From Eledone cirrhosa (taxonomy: Eukaryota), in assembly GCA_964016885.1 (NCBI GenBank), contig OZ024765.1, forward strand, positions 14,260,001-14,324,000: a DNA stretch of 64,000 nucleotides, read 5' to 3'. The position numbers and the translations under genes are program-made. Numbering within the stretch: the first letter of the stretch is position 1; every line of letters begins with the position of its first letter. The notes beneath the pieces are model-generated. The model was not told the origin of the DNA and made no database searches. It saw nothing but the letters and a program-made list of their open reading frames with translations. Of the stretch, positions 27,466 through 41,429 are shown in pieces.

Positions 27466-28793
27466 ACTTTTCACGCTCAGAGTTGCTGAAGCATGGAACA
27501 AACTACCTGCATCAGTTGTTAGCTGTCGAGACACTGCATCCTTTAACACCACCATGGAACAAACTACCTGCATCAGTTGTTAGCTGTCGAGACACTGCAT
27601 CCTTTAACACCACCATGGAACAAACTACCTGCATCAGTTGTTAGCTGTCGAGACACTGCATTCTTTAAACCTCCATGGAACAAACTACCTGCATCAGTTG
27701 TTAGCTGTCGAGACACTGCATCCTTTAAAACCTCCATGTAACAAACTACCTGCATCAGTTGTTAGCTGTCGAGACACTGTATCCTTTAAAACCTCCATGG
27801 AACAAACTACCTGCATCAGTTGTTAGCTGTCGAGACACTGCATCCTTTAAAACCTCCATGTAACAAACTACCTGCATCAGTTGTTAGCTGTCGAGACACT
27901 GTATCCTTTAAAACCTCCATGGAACAAACTACCTGCATCAGTTGTTAGCTGTCGAGACACTGCATCCTTTAAAACCTCCATGTAACAAACTACCTGCATC
28001 AGTTGTTAGCTGTCGAGACACTGTATCCTTTAAAACCTCCATGGAACAAACTACCTGCATCAGTTGTTAGCTGTCGAGACACTGCATCCTTTAAAACCTC
28101 CATGGAACAAACTACCTGCATCAGTTGTTAGCTGTCAAGACACTGCATCCTTTAAAACCTCCATGTAACAAACTACCTGCATCAGTTGTTAGCTGTCGAG
28201 ACACTGTATCCTTTAAAACCTCCATGGAACAAACTACCTGCATCAGTTGTTAGCTGTCGAGACACTGCATCCTTTAAAACCTCCATGGAACAAACTACCT
28301 GCATCAGTTGTTAGCTGTCGAGACACTGCATCCTTTACAACCTCCATGGAACAAACTACTTGCATCAGTTGTTAGCTGTCGAGACACTGCATCCTTTAGA
28401 ACCTCCATGGAACAAACTACCTGCATCAGTTGTTAGCTGTCGAGACACTGCATCCTTTACAACCTCTATGGAACAAACTACCTGCATCGGTTGTTAGCTG
28501 TCGAGACACTGCATCCTTTAAAACTTCCATGGAACAAACTACCTGCATCAGTTGTTAGCTGTCGAGACACTGTATCCTTTAAAACCTCCATGGAACAAAC
28601 TACCTGCATCGGTTGTTAGCTGTCGAGACACTGCATCCTTTAAGGCCTCCATGCTTCCCGAGATCCGCCAACACTACAGCTAACACATACACACATGTAC
28701 TTCCCCGACATTTGTGTATTATTCTATGTACTATATTGACGAGTTGTAGTGCACCTGCGCACTTTACACAATAATTTCATTATTATTATTATT
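27466..28793 (+). mobile_element. CR1-like 3' end with about 19 tandem 61-bp units
   Basis: Unit catggaacaaactacctgcatcagttgttagctgtcgagacactgcatcctttaaaacctc and (att)n tail. Confidence 0.85.
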
Positions 28794-29087
28794 ATAAAAT
28801 GATGATGATATAAAATAGTAAAAAAAGAAGAAAACAATAGCAAATACTAAAGGGATTTTCTCTCAAGATAGCATCAAAACATTTATTTACTAAATAGGAA
28901 TTTCGGCATATATATATATATGTCTATATATATACATACTCACACATATGTATATATATATATATACGTATATATATAATGGATATATGAGAGGGATGAA
29001 CGCGGATATATGTGTTCCAATTACAAATGTTAGCTAGGTTGAAAAAATATATGTATATATATGTGTATATATATACACATACACATG

Positions 29088-29118
<31 letters not shown>

Positions 29119-29173
29119 ATATACATATATATATATATATAAATATATATATACATATATATATATACACACA

Positions 29174-29205
<32 letters not shown>

Positions 29206-29218
29206 CATATATATATAT

Positions 29219-29257
<39 letters not shown>

Positions 29258-29262
29258 TATAT

Positions 29263-29305
<43 letters not shown>

Positions 29306-29370
29306 TATATATATATACACATATATATATATATATAAATATATATATATATTTATATATATATATATAT

Positions 29371-29425
<55 letters not shown>

Positions 29426-29431
29426 CATACC

Positions 29432-29513
<82 letters not shown>

Positions 29514-29583
29514 CATATATATAAAGTCATTTTTTCCAATTCCATCCCGCCCGTCCCCTCAATCTATCTTATTTCTAATTCTT

Positions 29584-29619
29584 TCTTCTGATGAAGGACT
29601 AGCATCCAAAACGTTAAGA
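29584..29619 (+). ncRNA. Minimal hammerhead motif with GAAA changed to AAAA
   Basis: tctt-CTGATGA-aggac-tagc-atcc-AAAA-cg-TT-aaga. Confidence 0.5.
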
Positions 29620-29746
29620 CCCTCTTCCTGCTATATAAAGCATTAACCTAATATATTCCTTCCATATACTGTACTGATTGTGTTGTTATTTTTGTTTACC
29701 TTTTACATATATATATATACACACACATATGTATATATATGTACAC

Positions 29747-29812
<66 letters not shown>

Positions 29813-30499
29813 CTCACCATTCTTGTAGCTGACCTTTTCCTGTCTATGACTTCCTGTGCTCTATAATTACCGTTCCAATCAATACTTCCACCCTACTTTT
29901 AATTAATTACTGCCACATTCTTTTTAATTACCACACCATCACCACCACCTCCACCTCTACCACTACCTAAATCACCACCACCACCCCACAACATCCCTGC
30001 ACTATATATTCTTATAATACAGAACTGCCATACGAAACCATTTCAGTTAATTTCCTGTCTAATATTTTCATCACAATGTATCTAGGCATACATTATTCAA
30101 AATGTTACCCTTTCCATTGCCATATTTCCCATGGTATGGTCATGTGATGTGTATGGTCATGTGATGCGTATGATCATGTGATGCATATGAAGGATGACAG
30201 CTATAGAAAGAGTGCAGGCTCATCAAAATTGATGGAAGCTACGGAGTAGGTAGACCCAGAAAGACCTGGGATGAGGTGATAAAAGCTGACCTTGCTCACT
30301 GACAGCTCTCTAAGACAATGACACAGGATTGAGATCTTTGGTGCTATGCAGTAATACAGAAGACCCGCCTTCCCTTACGTACGGACTTAAATCTACAGTC
30401 GGTAGGCACCTCTTAATCCAATATACACCCCGCACCCTCTATACCTCCCTTTCACTTCCACCCACACCACCCTTACTCTGTAAAGTTATGTTGGTACCA

Positions 30500-32190
30500 C
30501 AAAACACCCAGTCCACACTGTAAAGTGGTCATGTAGGTGTCACAACAAAAACACCCAGTCCACACTGTAAAGTGGTCATGTAGGTGTCACGACAAAAAGC
30601 ACCCAGTCCACACTGTAAAGTGGTCATGTAGGTGTCACAACAAAAAGCACCCAGTCCACACTGTAAAGTGGTTGTGTAGGTGTCACGACAAAAAGCACCC
30701 AGTCCACACTGTAAAGTGGTCATGTAGGTGTCACAACAAAAACACCCAGTCCACACTGTAAAGTGGTCATGTAGGTGTCACGACAAAAAGCACCCAGTCC
30801 ACACTGTAAAGTGGTTGTGTAGGTGTCACGACAAAAAGCACCCAGTCCACACTGTAAAGTGGTCATGTAGGTGTCACGACAAAAACACCCAGTCCACACT
30901 GTAAAGTGGTTGTGTAGGTGTCACGACAAAAAGCACCCAGTCCACACTGTAAAGTGGTCATGTAGGTGTCACAACAAAAACACCCAGTCCACACTGTAAA
31001 GTGGTTGTGTAGGTGTCACGACAAAAAGCACCCAGTCCACACTGTAAAGTGGTCATGTAGGTGTCACGACAAAAAGCACCCAGTCCACACTGTAAAGTGG
31101 TCATGTAGGTGTCACAACAAAAACACCCAGTCCACACTGTAAAGTGGTCATGTAGGTGTCACAACAAAAACACCCAGTCCACACTGTAAAGTGGTCATGT
31201 AGGTGTCACGACAAAAAGCACCCAGTCCACACTGTAAAGTGGTCATGTAGGTGTCACGACAAAAACACCCAGTCCACACTGTAAAGTGGTTGTGTAGGTG
31301 TCACGACAAAAAGCACCCAGTCCACACTGTAAAGTGGTCATGTAGGTGTCACAACAAAAACACCCAGTCCACACTGTAAAGTGGTTGTGTAGGTGTCACG
31401 ACAAAAAGCACCCAGTCCACACTGTAAAGTGGTCATGTAGGTGTCACAACAAAAACACCCAGTCCACACTGTAAAGTGGTTGTGTAGGTGTCACGACAAA
31501 AACACCCAGTCCACACTGTAAAGTGGTCATGTAGGTGTCACAACAAAAAGGCCCCAGTCCACACTGTAAAGTGGTCATGTAGGTGTCACAACAAAAAGCA
31601 CCCAGTCCACACTGTAAAGTGGTCATGTAGGTGTCACAACAAAAACACCCAGTCCACACTGTAAAGTGGTCATGTAGGTGTCACGACAAAAAGCACCCAG
31701 TCCACACTGTAAAGTGGTCATGTAGGTGTCACAACAAAAACACCCAGTCCACACTGTAAAGTGGTCATGTAGGTGTCACGACAAAAAGCACCCAGTCCAC
31801 ACTGTAAAGTGGTTGTGTAGGTGTCACGACAAAAAGCACCCAGTCCACACTGTAAAGTGGTCATGTAGGTGTCACAACAAAAACACCCAGTCCACACTGT
31901 AAAGTGGTCATGTAGGTGTCACGACAAAAAGCACCCAGTCCACACTGTAAAGTGGTTGTGTAGGTGTCACGACAAAAAGCACCCAGTCCACACTGTAAAG
32001 TGGTCATGTAGGTGTCACGACAAAAACACCCAGTCCACACTGTAAAGTGGTCATGCAGGTGTCACGACAAAAAGCACCCAGTCCACACTGTAAAGTCGTC
32101 ATGTAGGTGTCACAACAAAAAGCACCCAGTCCACACTGTAAAGTGGTCATGTAGGTGTCACAACAAAAAGCACCCAGTCCACACTGTAAA
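30500..32190 (+). repeat. 47/48-bp SINE-derived minisatellite (about 35 copies)
   Basis: Unit tgtaaagtggtcatgtaggtgtcacgacaaaaagcacccagtccacac. Confidence 0.95.
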
Positions 32191-32532
32191 GAAGAAGACC
32201 ACGAAAAACATGGGCGGAGGTGGTGAGAGCTGACCTCAGATCGCTGAAACTCATGGAGGAGATGACGAAGGACCATGACAAGTGGAGAGATGCTGTGCTG
32301 AAGAGGACCCGTCCCACCCTTGCAAGCAGGGAAAAGCAAACATAAAATGATGATGATGAAGATTTTAAAGGATATAAATAATTGTTTCTACTTTAGGCAC
32401 AAGGCCAGCAATTACCCAATGCATTACTGGTACTTTAATCTATCGACCCTGGAAGGATGAAAGGCAAAGTTAACCTCGGCGGGTGTAAATAATGAAATAA
32501 CAAAGGAATATTCTAGTTTATATCAAACTTAC

Positions 32533-32591
32533 CAATGTTTATGTGTTGTTAATACAGCAGAAGGAACGACATCAGCTTTTTTTAGTGCGGC
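32533..32591 (-). CDS. PNKD: PNKD-like exon C (59 nt): AALKKADVVPSAVLTTHKH(W)
   Basis: Acceptor ttattttag and donor gtaagt. First half of the THxHxDH metal-binding motif. Translated by hand; absent from the ORF track. Confidence 0.92.
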
Positions 32592-32954
32592 CTAAAATAA
32601 TAAAAGAAAACATATATTTACTGGTTTCTAGTAATTAGACTTCAATAATTTTTTCTACTTTAGGCACAAGGCCAGCAATTACCCAGTGCATTACTGGTAC
32701 TTTATTTTATCGACCCCGTAAGGATGAAAGGCAAAGTCAACCTCGGCGGGATTTGAACTCAGATCGTAAAGGGACGTAACTATGCTGGAAAGCATGGCGT
32801 CTGACCCTCTACCGATACTACCAATCCACTGCCCTTCAATAATGCTGGGACATAACCTTAACTATTTAGCATTTAAACTGGCTGTATCCAGCTAGAATTC
32901 TCTGACTTCTTTCTGTTCAAACTGGCTGTAACCAGCTGCTCATACTGATGTTCA

Positions 32955-33330
32955 TGTAGGTGTCACAACAAAAAGGCCCCAGTCCACACTATAAAGTGGT
33001 CATGTAGGTGTCACGACAAAAAGCACCCAGTCCACACTGTAAAGTGGTCATGTAGGTGTCACAACAAAAAGCACCCAGTCCACACTGTAAAGTGGTCATG
33101 TAGGTGTCACAACAAAAAGCACCCAGTCCACACTGTAAAGTGGTCATGCAGGTGTCACAACAAAAAGCACCCAGTCCACACTGTAAAGTGGTCATGTAGG
33201 TGTCACAACAAAAAGCACCCAGTCCACACTGTAAAGTGGTCATGTAGGTGTCACAACAAAAAGCACCCAGTCCACACTGTAAAGTGGTCATGTAGGTGTC
33301 ACAACAAAAAGCACCCAGTCCACACTGTAA
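32955..33330 (+). repeat. 48-bp minisatellite (about 8 copies)
   Basis: Same unit as 30500. Confidence 0.9.
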
Positions 33331-33726
33331 ATGATGGATAAGTTTTGAATGTTTTCAAATCTGGTTGAGAAAGTGCGTGCGCGTGTGTGTGGGGGGGGGG
33401 GGGGGAGAGGCTGAAGTCTATCTCAATCCCAACAACAGCTAGTCTAAATACCAAAACCACTGAGCCATACAACATCTAGACATACCTCGACACAGCTCAC
33501 CTATTTTAGGACATTTATTTTCTACCTGTATTACTAATTAGCACCTGCTAACTCAGCAGAACGGTCGTCTATGATTCTAGTTATTATATTGGATTGTTCG
33601 ACAAAGTGTTGTTTTTTTGTTTTACTTGATGGTTTGTTGTACTAAGACTCCAGGTAAACACCAGGTAGATAGATTAACGAGTAGATGCAGCACCTTGCTG
33701 TTAACACTTATATACACCTATGTGCA

Positions 33727-33768
<42 letters not shown>

Positions 33769-33885
33769 TACATACGTATATGTGCATGTGTGTGTGTGTG
33801 TGTGTGTGTGCGTATATATAAATCTGCATGTGCACACTCACAGATGCAGGTGTATATATACATGTATTTATGTATATACACACAT

Positions 33886-33928
<43 letters not shown>

Positions 33929-34032
33929 ACACATATATATACACACATACACATATATATATACACACAAACACACACACATATATATACACACAAACAC
34001 ACACACATATATATACACATAAACACACACAC

Positions 34033-34063
<31 letters not shown>

Positions 34064-34064
34064 C

Positions 34065-34117
<53 letters not shown>

Positions 34118-34236
34118 CATATATATATATGTATATATATATATGTATATATATATATGTATATATATATATATGTATATATATATATACATATATATAT
34201 ATGTATATATACATATATATATATATGTATATATAC

Positions 34237-34297
<61 letters not shown>

Positions 34298-34342
34298 TAT
34301 ATTTATATATGTATATATACATATATATATATGTATATATAC

Positions 34343-34391
<49 letters not shown>

Positions 34392-34542
34392 TATATATGT
34401 ATATATAAGGATTAGAATACTGGAGCATGTATGTATATATACATATATATATATATACATATACATATATATACATATATATATACATATATATATACAT
34501 ATATATATATGTATATATATATATATGTATATATACATATAC

Positions 34543-34574
<32 letters not shown>

Positions 34575-34834
34575 GTATATACATAGTTGGTGCTACTGGT
34601 AACATGTATCCCAGTACAACCTGTCCCATGGTCGGGTCGTTGGCAACTAAAATGGCAACCCCACCAAGGGTTCTTGGTGAGGAGGGTGACTTTGGACATC
34701 CTGCAGGAATAAAAACAAAACCTGTCAAAGGGCAAAGGAGCTCTTAAGAGTCAATGGCCATCCAAAATCACCGGGAGAGATGACCCCTTAGCCTTTGTCA
34801 AGGCAGAATTCTAGGAGAAGGAAAACTCTGATAT

Positions 34835-35182
34835 AACACCTGCAACTCTGATGGTATCCAATGATGTTGACTTGTTCTTCTTTTTGGTAAATATCATCTT
34901 GGTTAAGAGAGTGGGACTGGCTTTGTGCAGTGCCTTTGCTCACTATAAAAGCTTCACGGCACAGGCATTGCTTTATATCTGGCGATCTCTCTGCACTTGT
35001 CGTCACATGGTACCATGGGCCCAGCACTATGTGTCAATAATTGTTACAAGTGTAGTGTTTGTACCAGAGTTTTCAAGTCGTTGGCTGGACTAAAAAGTCA
35101 CACTCGTTCAGCGCATCGGTAGGGTTTCTCCTACATAGATATAAAGTAGTGGCCGTACTCGAAAACGAGTTGGCAGCCACCA
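34835..35182 (-). repeat. Unclassified dispersed repeat of about 350 bp; inverted copy at 59103-59450
   Basis: High-identity reverse-complement match between the two loci. Confidence 0.8.
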
Positions 35183-35197
35183 TATATATATATATAC

Positions 35198-35245
<48 letters not shown>

Positions 35246-35367
35246 GTACATATATATACATATACATATATATATATATATATATGTACATATATATACA
35301 TATACATATATATATATATGTACATATATATACATATACATATATATATATATGTACATATATATAC

Positions 35368-35434
<67 letters not shown>

Positions 35435-35444
35435 CATATACATA

Positions 35445-35476
<32 letters not shown>

Positions 35477-36391
35477 CATATATACCTCCACCCCACCCAC
35501 ACTGCCCCTTTCAATGTAAAGTTATGTTGGTCCCACAACATCCAGGCCGAAACAAATGAGATCGTGTAGGTGTCACGACAAAAAACACACAGTCCACGCT
35601 GTAAATGTGGCCGTGTAGGCAACACGGTAAAAACCTCCCAGCCCCACACTGTAAATGTGGTTGGCGTTAGGAAGGGCATCCAGCTGTAGAAAACCCGCCA
35701 GACAGTCCACGCTGTAATGTGGCCGTGTAGGCAACACGGTAAAAACCTCCCAGCCCCACACTGTAAATGTGGTTGGTGTTAGGAAGGGCATCCAACTGTA
35801 GAAAACCCGCCAGACAGTCCTATGCGAGCAAGACAACCACTCTTGCCTCAAGTGGGAAAACCCCCGTCCAAACCCATGCAAGCGTGGAACACGGACGCTA
35901 AACCTGATGATGATGATGATGATGATGATGTATATATATATGTATATATATATATATATATATACATATATATACATATAGATATATATATATGTATATA
36001 TATATGTGTGTGTGTATATACATACACCCACCCACACATATATATGTACACATACATACACACATTCTCTTAATGTGCATTCTTCAACTTTAAACATCTA
36101 TTCCGAAAAAAAAAAAAAAATCTCAAATCGCAAAAAAATAAAAAAAGTCGATAAAAAGCAGGTTGACTTAAAAGTCAGGTGAAAATCTGCAAGAGGGAAG
36201 CCTGATTCTTTTAGATCTACTAATTATCACTAAATTTGACCGAATTGTACCCTATCTTCCCATCTTTATACTTGATAACCCTACCTATTTACTTACCTAG
36301 CTATAATTACCTTTCTCCCTACCTACCTGTCTGTCTGTCTATACTAGCCTACAATTCTACCTGATTACCAATCAGCCTATCTTTCTATTTG

Positions 36392-36448
<57 letters not shown>

Positions 36449-38120
36449 TGCGTATGCGACGAGGAAACCGTTGCACACGCATTGGTACACTGCTCGGGCA
36501 TTGCCGATCTGTGGGGCTATGTCGAACAACTGCTGTCAAGGATGGGACCGATCCGGTTGACCACCGAGTCTATTGTAACGATAAAGCCGCCTCCCCTCTT
36601 CAAAAACGAAGAAGAGGCGGTGTTTCTGTGCGTAATAGCCATGGCGAAAGAGGTTGTATGGTGGACGCGTCTGAAAGGACTGAGGTCAGACACCTTTCTC
36701 TCTGGCCAACAACTGGTCCGTTTCTTCCGATATCATTTCGGAAGAGGGATCAGGATGGAGAGAGAGGTGTTGCACCCCAGCCGTTTTTATGAAAGATGGG
36801 TGAAAGTGGCGAGAATGGCCCGTGTGAATGGGCCTTCACTCTACATCAGACTATAGGTGAGGAAGATGAAAGACCAAGGGAGCACCCCTTCTCTGTGCAC
36901 CGTTCTGCACGCAATTGTTCAGTGCCCAGGGGTGACCGACCTGTGGGATTATGTCGAACAGCTGCTGTCACGTGTGGGACGCATCCAGTTGTCAGCCGAG
37001 TCTATCGTGAGGATCACCCCGCCACCTTCATTTAAGAACGAAGGGGAGGCACTTTTCCTCTGTCTGGTGGCTATGGCGAAAGAGGTAATATGGTGGTCGA
37101 GGTTAAAAGGACTGAGGGCAAACACCTTTCTCTCCGGACAACAATTTATCCTCTTCTTTAAGTATCACTTCAGAAGGAAGGTGAGAGTGGAGAGAGAGGT
37201 GCTACACCCCAGTAAATTCACTGAAAGGTGGGTGAATGTGGCGAAAATGGGCCTTCTCTCTTTATAAACCTGTACGTTGAGAAAGATAAACAGAGGGAAG
37301 ACAGGAACACCTACAAAACATGCTCCTGATGTTGAGGGTTGTTCTATCCACAGGGTGTTAAATAACCCTGCAGTATCGTTGCCCCCTACTGGGGATTTCA
37401 ATTGTTTTATTTTATATATAGTTTATTGTTATTTATCATTGTTAAACATTTTATGTAAAACCCCTGCCGTCACATCTTGTAATGTCCCATTTTTGTACGC
37501 CCCTGTGGCAAATAAAGAAAGATATCTATCTGTCTCTCTATCTAAATGGGTGCCTGGCACCTTGAGTGTCTTCAGGCACTCACAGCCCTCTACCAAGTGG
37601 AAACGGCAATCAGCAGAGACTCCACGTTGACATTCTATAGGGAATTAGTGGGGGATAAGTGCGACGATGTTCTCGGGGAGACTCTAGGCATCGAGGAGGA
37701 TGAACTGGCCAGTGTGTTCCGGAGGACAACTCATCCCCTTCTTTAAGTACCATTTCAGAAGGAAGCTGAGAGTGGAAAGAGAGGTGCTACACTCCAGTAA
37801 ATTCGCTGAAAGGTGGATGAATGTGGCGAAGATGACCTGAGTGAATGGCCCTTCTCTGTATATAAACCTGTAGGTTGAGGAAGATAAACAGAGGGAAGAC
37901 AGGGACACCTACAAAATGTGCTCCTGGTGTTGAGGGTTGTTCTATTCACGGGGTGTAAAACAGCTCCGCAGTAACGTTCCCTCCTATTGGGGATTTTGTT
38001 TATTTTATTTTATATATAGTTTGTGTTATTCATTATTGTTAAAGTTTTTAATGTAAAACCCCTGCCGTCATGTCTTGTAATGTTCTATTTCTTGTGCACC
38101 CTTTTGGCAAATAAAGAAAT
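36449..38120 (+). mobile_element. Stack of three 5'-truncated Tx1-like LINE 3' ends
   Basis: Homologous to the C-terminus of the 49292 ORF (ETVAHALVHC...). Begins in (TCTA)n. Two units end with aataaagaaa. Confidence 0.85.
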
Positions 38121-38479
38121 ACCTGCCCGTCTGCTCAAAAAAAAAAAAAAAGAGATACCGCAAAAACACAAAAGCACCAATGACCAACACAAACACGCAG
38201 CCACCACCCCAAACGACAACGACACCAACAACACAGACACCACCACAACTAAAATTTCTCCTACCAGCAAAACAAGCACCAACACCACCACAAGCTCAAA
38301 CGCCCACCACCAAAAGAAAACTAGAGAACAAACAACAAACAGAAACATCTTGATCATCATCATCATCGTTTGACACTAGCATAGGTTGAACGGGTTTGTG
38401 CCACTCGAAGCAAGATTGATCGTGTGACCCTGTCTCACTCGTATAGGACTCTATATGACAGGTTCTCTACAGCTGGATG

Positions 38480-38800
38480 CCCTTCCTAACACCAACCACA
38501 TTTACAGTGGCCACTTCACAGAGTGGACTGGGTGCTTCTTCTCATGACACCTACATGACCACTTTACAGTCTGGACTGGGTGCTTCTTCTCATGACACCT
38601 ACATGACCACTTTACAGTCTGGACTGGGTGCTTCTTCTCATGACACCTACATGACCACTTTACAGTGTGGACTGGGTGATTTTTGTTGTGACACCTACAT
38701 GACCTCTTTACAATGTGGACTGGGAGCCTTTTTTGTCGTGACATCTACATGACCTCTCTACAGTGTGGACTGGGAGCCTTTTTTCTCGTGACACCTACAA
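38480..38800 (-). repeat. 48-bp minisatellite, inverted orientation (about 6 copies)
   Basis: Reverse complement of the 30500 unit, adjoining a Nin-like SINE domain. Confidence 0.85.
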
Positions 38801-39331
38801 TCAAACCACACTACACACACATTAACACCACAAATAAAGACCTAACGGAGGCCATCGTGAAGGACCCAACCATTCAGGACAGAAGGGAAAAACCTTCACC
38901 AGCACAAACACAGCACTACACCTGAAACTGTATCTGAAAGATGGGTGTCAGATGTTTTGGCAGGGGACAAGAGGCCCAATATTTAGCTGATTTTATGGGT
39001 ATCTTACCAAAATGATGATTGATATCACATATTTGGGCAAGACGGGGGGGGGGGGGATTTTTGAGCTGATTTTAATGGGTATCAGATGTTTGGAGAGGGT
39101 GGGGCACATTTCAAGCTGATTTCAATGGGTATCAGATATTTAGACAGGGTGGGGTGGTGGCATTTTTGAGCTGATTTCAATGGGTATCAGATATTCAGAG
39201 AGGGTTGGGGCATAATTCCACTGGTAGCCATGGCCCAATTTTCCCTAGTTACACCTCAGGTTTCGACACACAGAAAAGAGACACGAAGCATCATGTTTGA
39301 TGAGAAGTATATGACTGTTAAACTGACCTAC

Positions 39332-39444
39332 CTGTACAGCGTGAGCATCACCTGGATCAACTACAACTGTTGTGCAGTTCTGAGTCTCGATTATAATGTA
39401 GGCGTAATTGTCTTTTAGCATTGGGACAGGTATTATCATCAGAC
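39332..39444 (-). CDS. PNKD: PNKD-like exon B (113 nt): GLMIIPVPMLKDNYAYIIIETQNCTTVVVDPGDAHAVQ
   Basis: Acceptor ccccccag and donor gtaggt. Glyoxalase II N-terminal motifs DNYAY and VDPGD. Confidence 0.92.
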
Positions 39445-39521
39445 CTGGGGGGAGGGGAGAATAGACATGGAGATATATTAGAGAGGAAAAAGAAAAAAAG
39501 AAAAAAAAAATCATCATCATG

Positions 39522-39539
<18 letters not shown>

Positions 39540-39552
<13 letters not shown>

Positions 39553-40655
39553 AATTATTGTGTACAGTGCTCAGGTGCACTACAAGTCATCAAAGGTACA
39601 TGTATAGTACATAGAATAATGTACAAATGTCAGGAAAGTGAACAGTGTAGGAGTGATGATATACATGGGTGTGTGTGTATGGAGGGGGAATATTAGGTGT
39701 AGTGTTGGTGAATCTCAGGAAGCATGGAGGTTTTAAAGGATGCAGTGTCTCGACAGCTAACAACTGATGCAGGTAGTTTGTTCCATGGAGGTGTTAAAGG
39801 ATGCAGTGTCTCGACAGCTAACAACTGATGCAGGTAGTTTGTTCCATGGAGGTTTTAAAGGATGCAGTGTCTCGACAGCTAACAACTGATGCAGGTAGTT
39901 TGTTCCATGGAGGTTTTAAAGGATGCAGTGTCTCGACAGCTAACAACTGATGCAGGTAGTTTGTTCCATGGAGGTTTTAAAGGATGCAGTGTCTCGACAT
40001 CTAACAACTGATGCAGGTAGTTTGTTCCATGGAGGTTTTAAAGGATGCAGTGTCTCGGTAGCTAACAACTGATGCAGGTAGTTTGTTCCATGGAGGTTTT
40101 AAACGATGCAGTGTCTCAACAGCTAACAACTGATGCAGGTAGTTTGTTCCATGGAGGTTTTAAAGGATGCAGTGTCTCGGTAGCTAACAACTGATGCAGG
40201 TAGTTTGTTCCATGGAGGTTTTAAAGGATGCAGTGTCTCGGCAGCTAACAACTGATGTAGGTAGTTTGTTCCATGGAGGTTTTAAAGGATGCAGTGTCTC
40301 GACAGCTAACAACTGATGCAGGTAGTTTGTTCCATGGAGGTTTTAAAGGATGCAGTGTCTCGACAGCTAACAACTGATGCAGGTAGTTTGTTCCATGGAG
40401 GTTTTAAAGGATGCAGTGTCTCGACAGCTAACAACTGATGTAGGTAGTTTGTTCCATGGAGGTTTTAAAGGATGCAGTGTCTCGACAGCTAACAACTGAT
40501 GCAGGTAGTTTGTTCCATGCTTCAGCAACTCTGAGCGTGAAAAAATGTTTCCGAAAGACATGGGAGCTGTGCTGTTTTCTGATTTTGTGGGCATGTCCAC
40601 GTCTGTTAGATACATGGAAATCAAAAAGGTACTCAGGGTTGTTGTTGGCAAGATG
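39540..40655 (-). mobile_element. CR1-like 3' end with about 13 tandem 61-bp units
   Basis: Reverse complement of the 27466 element. Its tail lies about 100 nt from the exon B acceptor. Confidence 0.85.
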
Positions 40656-41429
40656 GTTATCATCATCATCATCATCAATAGCTCGATCATCATCATTAAT
40701 AGCTCCATCATCATCTTCATAATTATCAATAGCACAGCTATCATCATCAATAACACCACTATCGCCATCATGAATAGCACCACTATCATCATCATCGCCA
40801 CCACCACCACCACCATCATCACATTCACTACCATCATCACCATGACTAAAACCACCACCACCACCCTCGTCACCATCCCCAACGCTGCCACTTTACAGAG
40901 TGGGCTGAGTGCATTTTATTGTGACATCACCATTATCACATTACAGACTAGGGTGCATGCATTTTACTGTGACACCACCACTACCAGTTTACAGTGAGAG
41001 TCGAGTGTATTTTATCATGACTCCAGTAATACCACTTTACAGAGTGTACTGGGTGTATTTTATCATGACACCAACACTACCACTTTACAGTGTGGGCTTC
41101 CAATCCATTGACCTCATACCAGCTAAATAATGAGGAAGTTAGTTATATTACTAAATACCTCAATTTTTTTTTTTATTATTTCAAAAAATATTTGAATATC
41201 ATAGGCGATGTCTTTCATTAGAAATATAGTAATGAAAAGGTTAAATTGATGTGGAAGCTACATTTAAATGTTAAGTATGTATGGGGGAAGCTATAGATGG
41301 ACGGGGCGTTGAGCTGGAAGGGTTATTAAATAATGTGACAGCAACATTTAAGAGTAAAGTGTGTATATAGAGAGCTACAGATGGAGGGGGCATTGAGTAG
41401 GGTCTTGGGAATGGAATGAAGATACTACT

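Noticed and set aside
30500-32190. CRISPR-like regular array
   Set aside because: No unique spacers; a pure tandem repeat in eukaryotic DNA.
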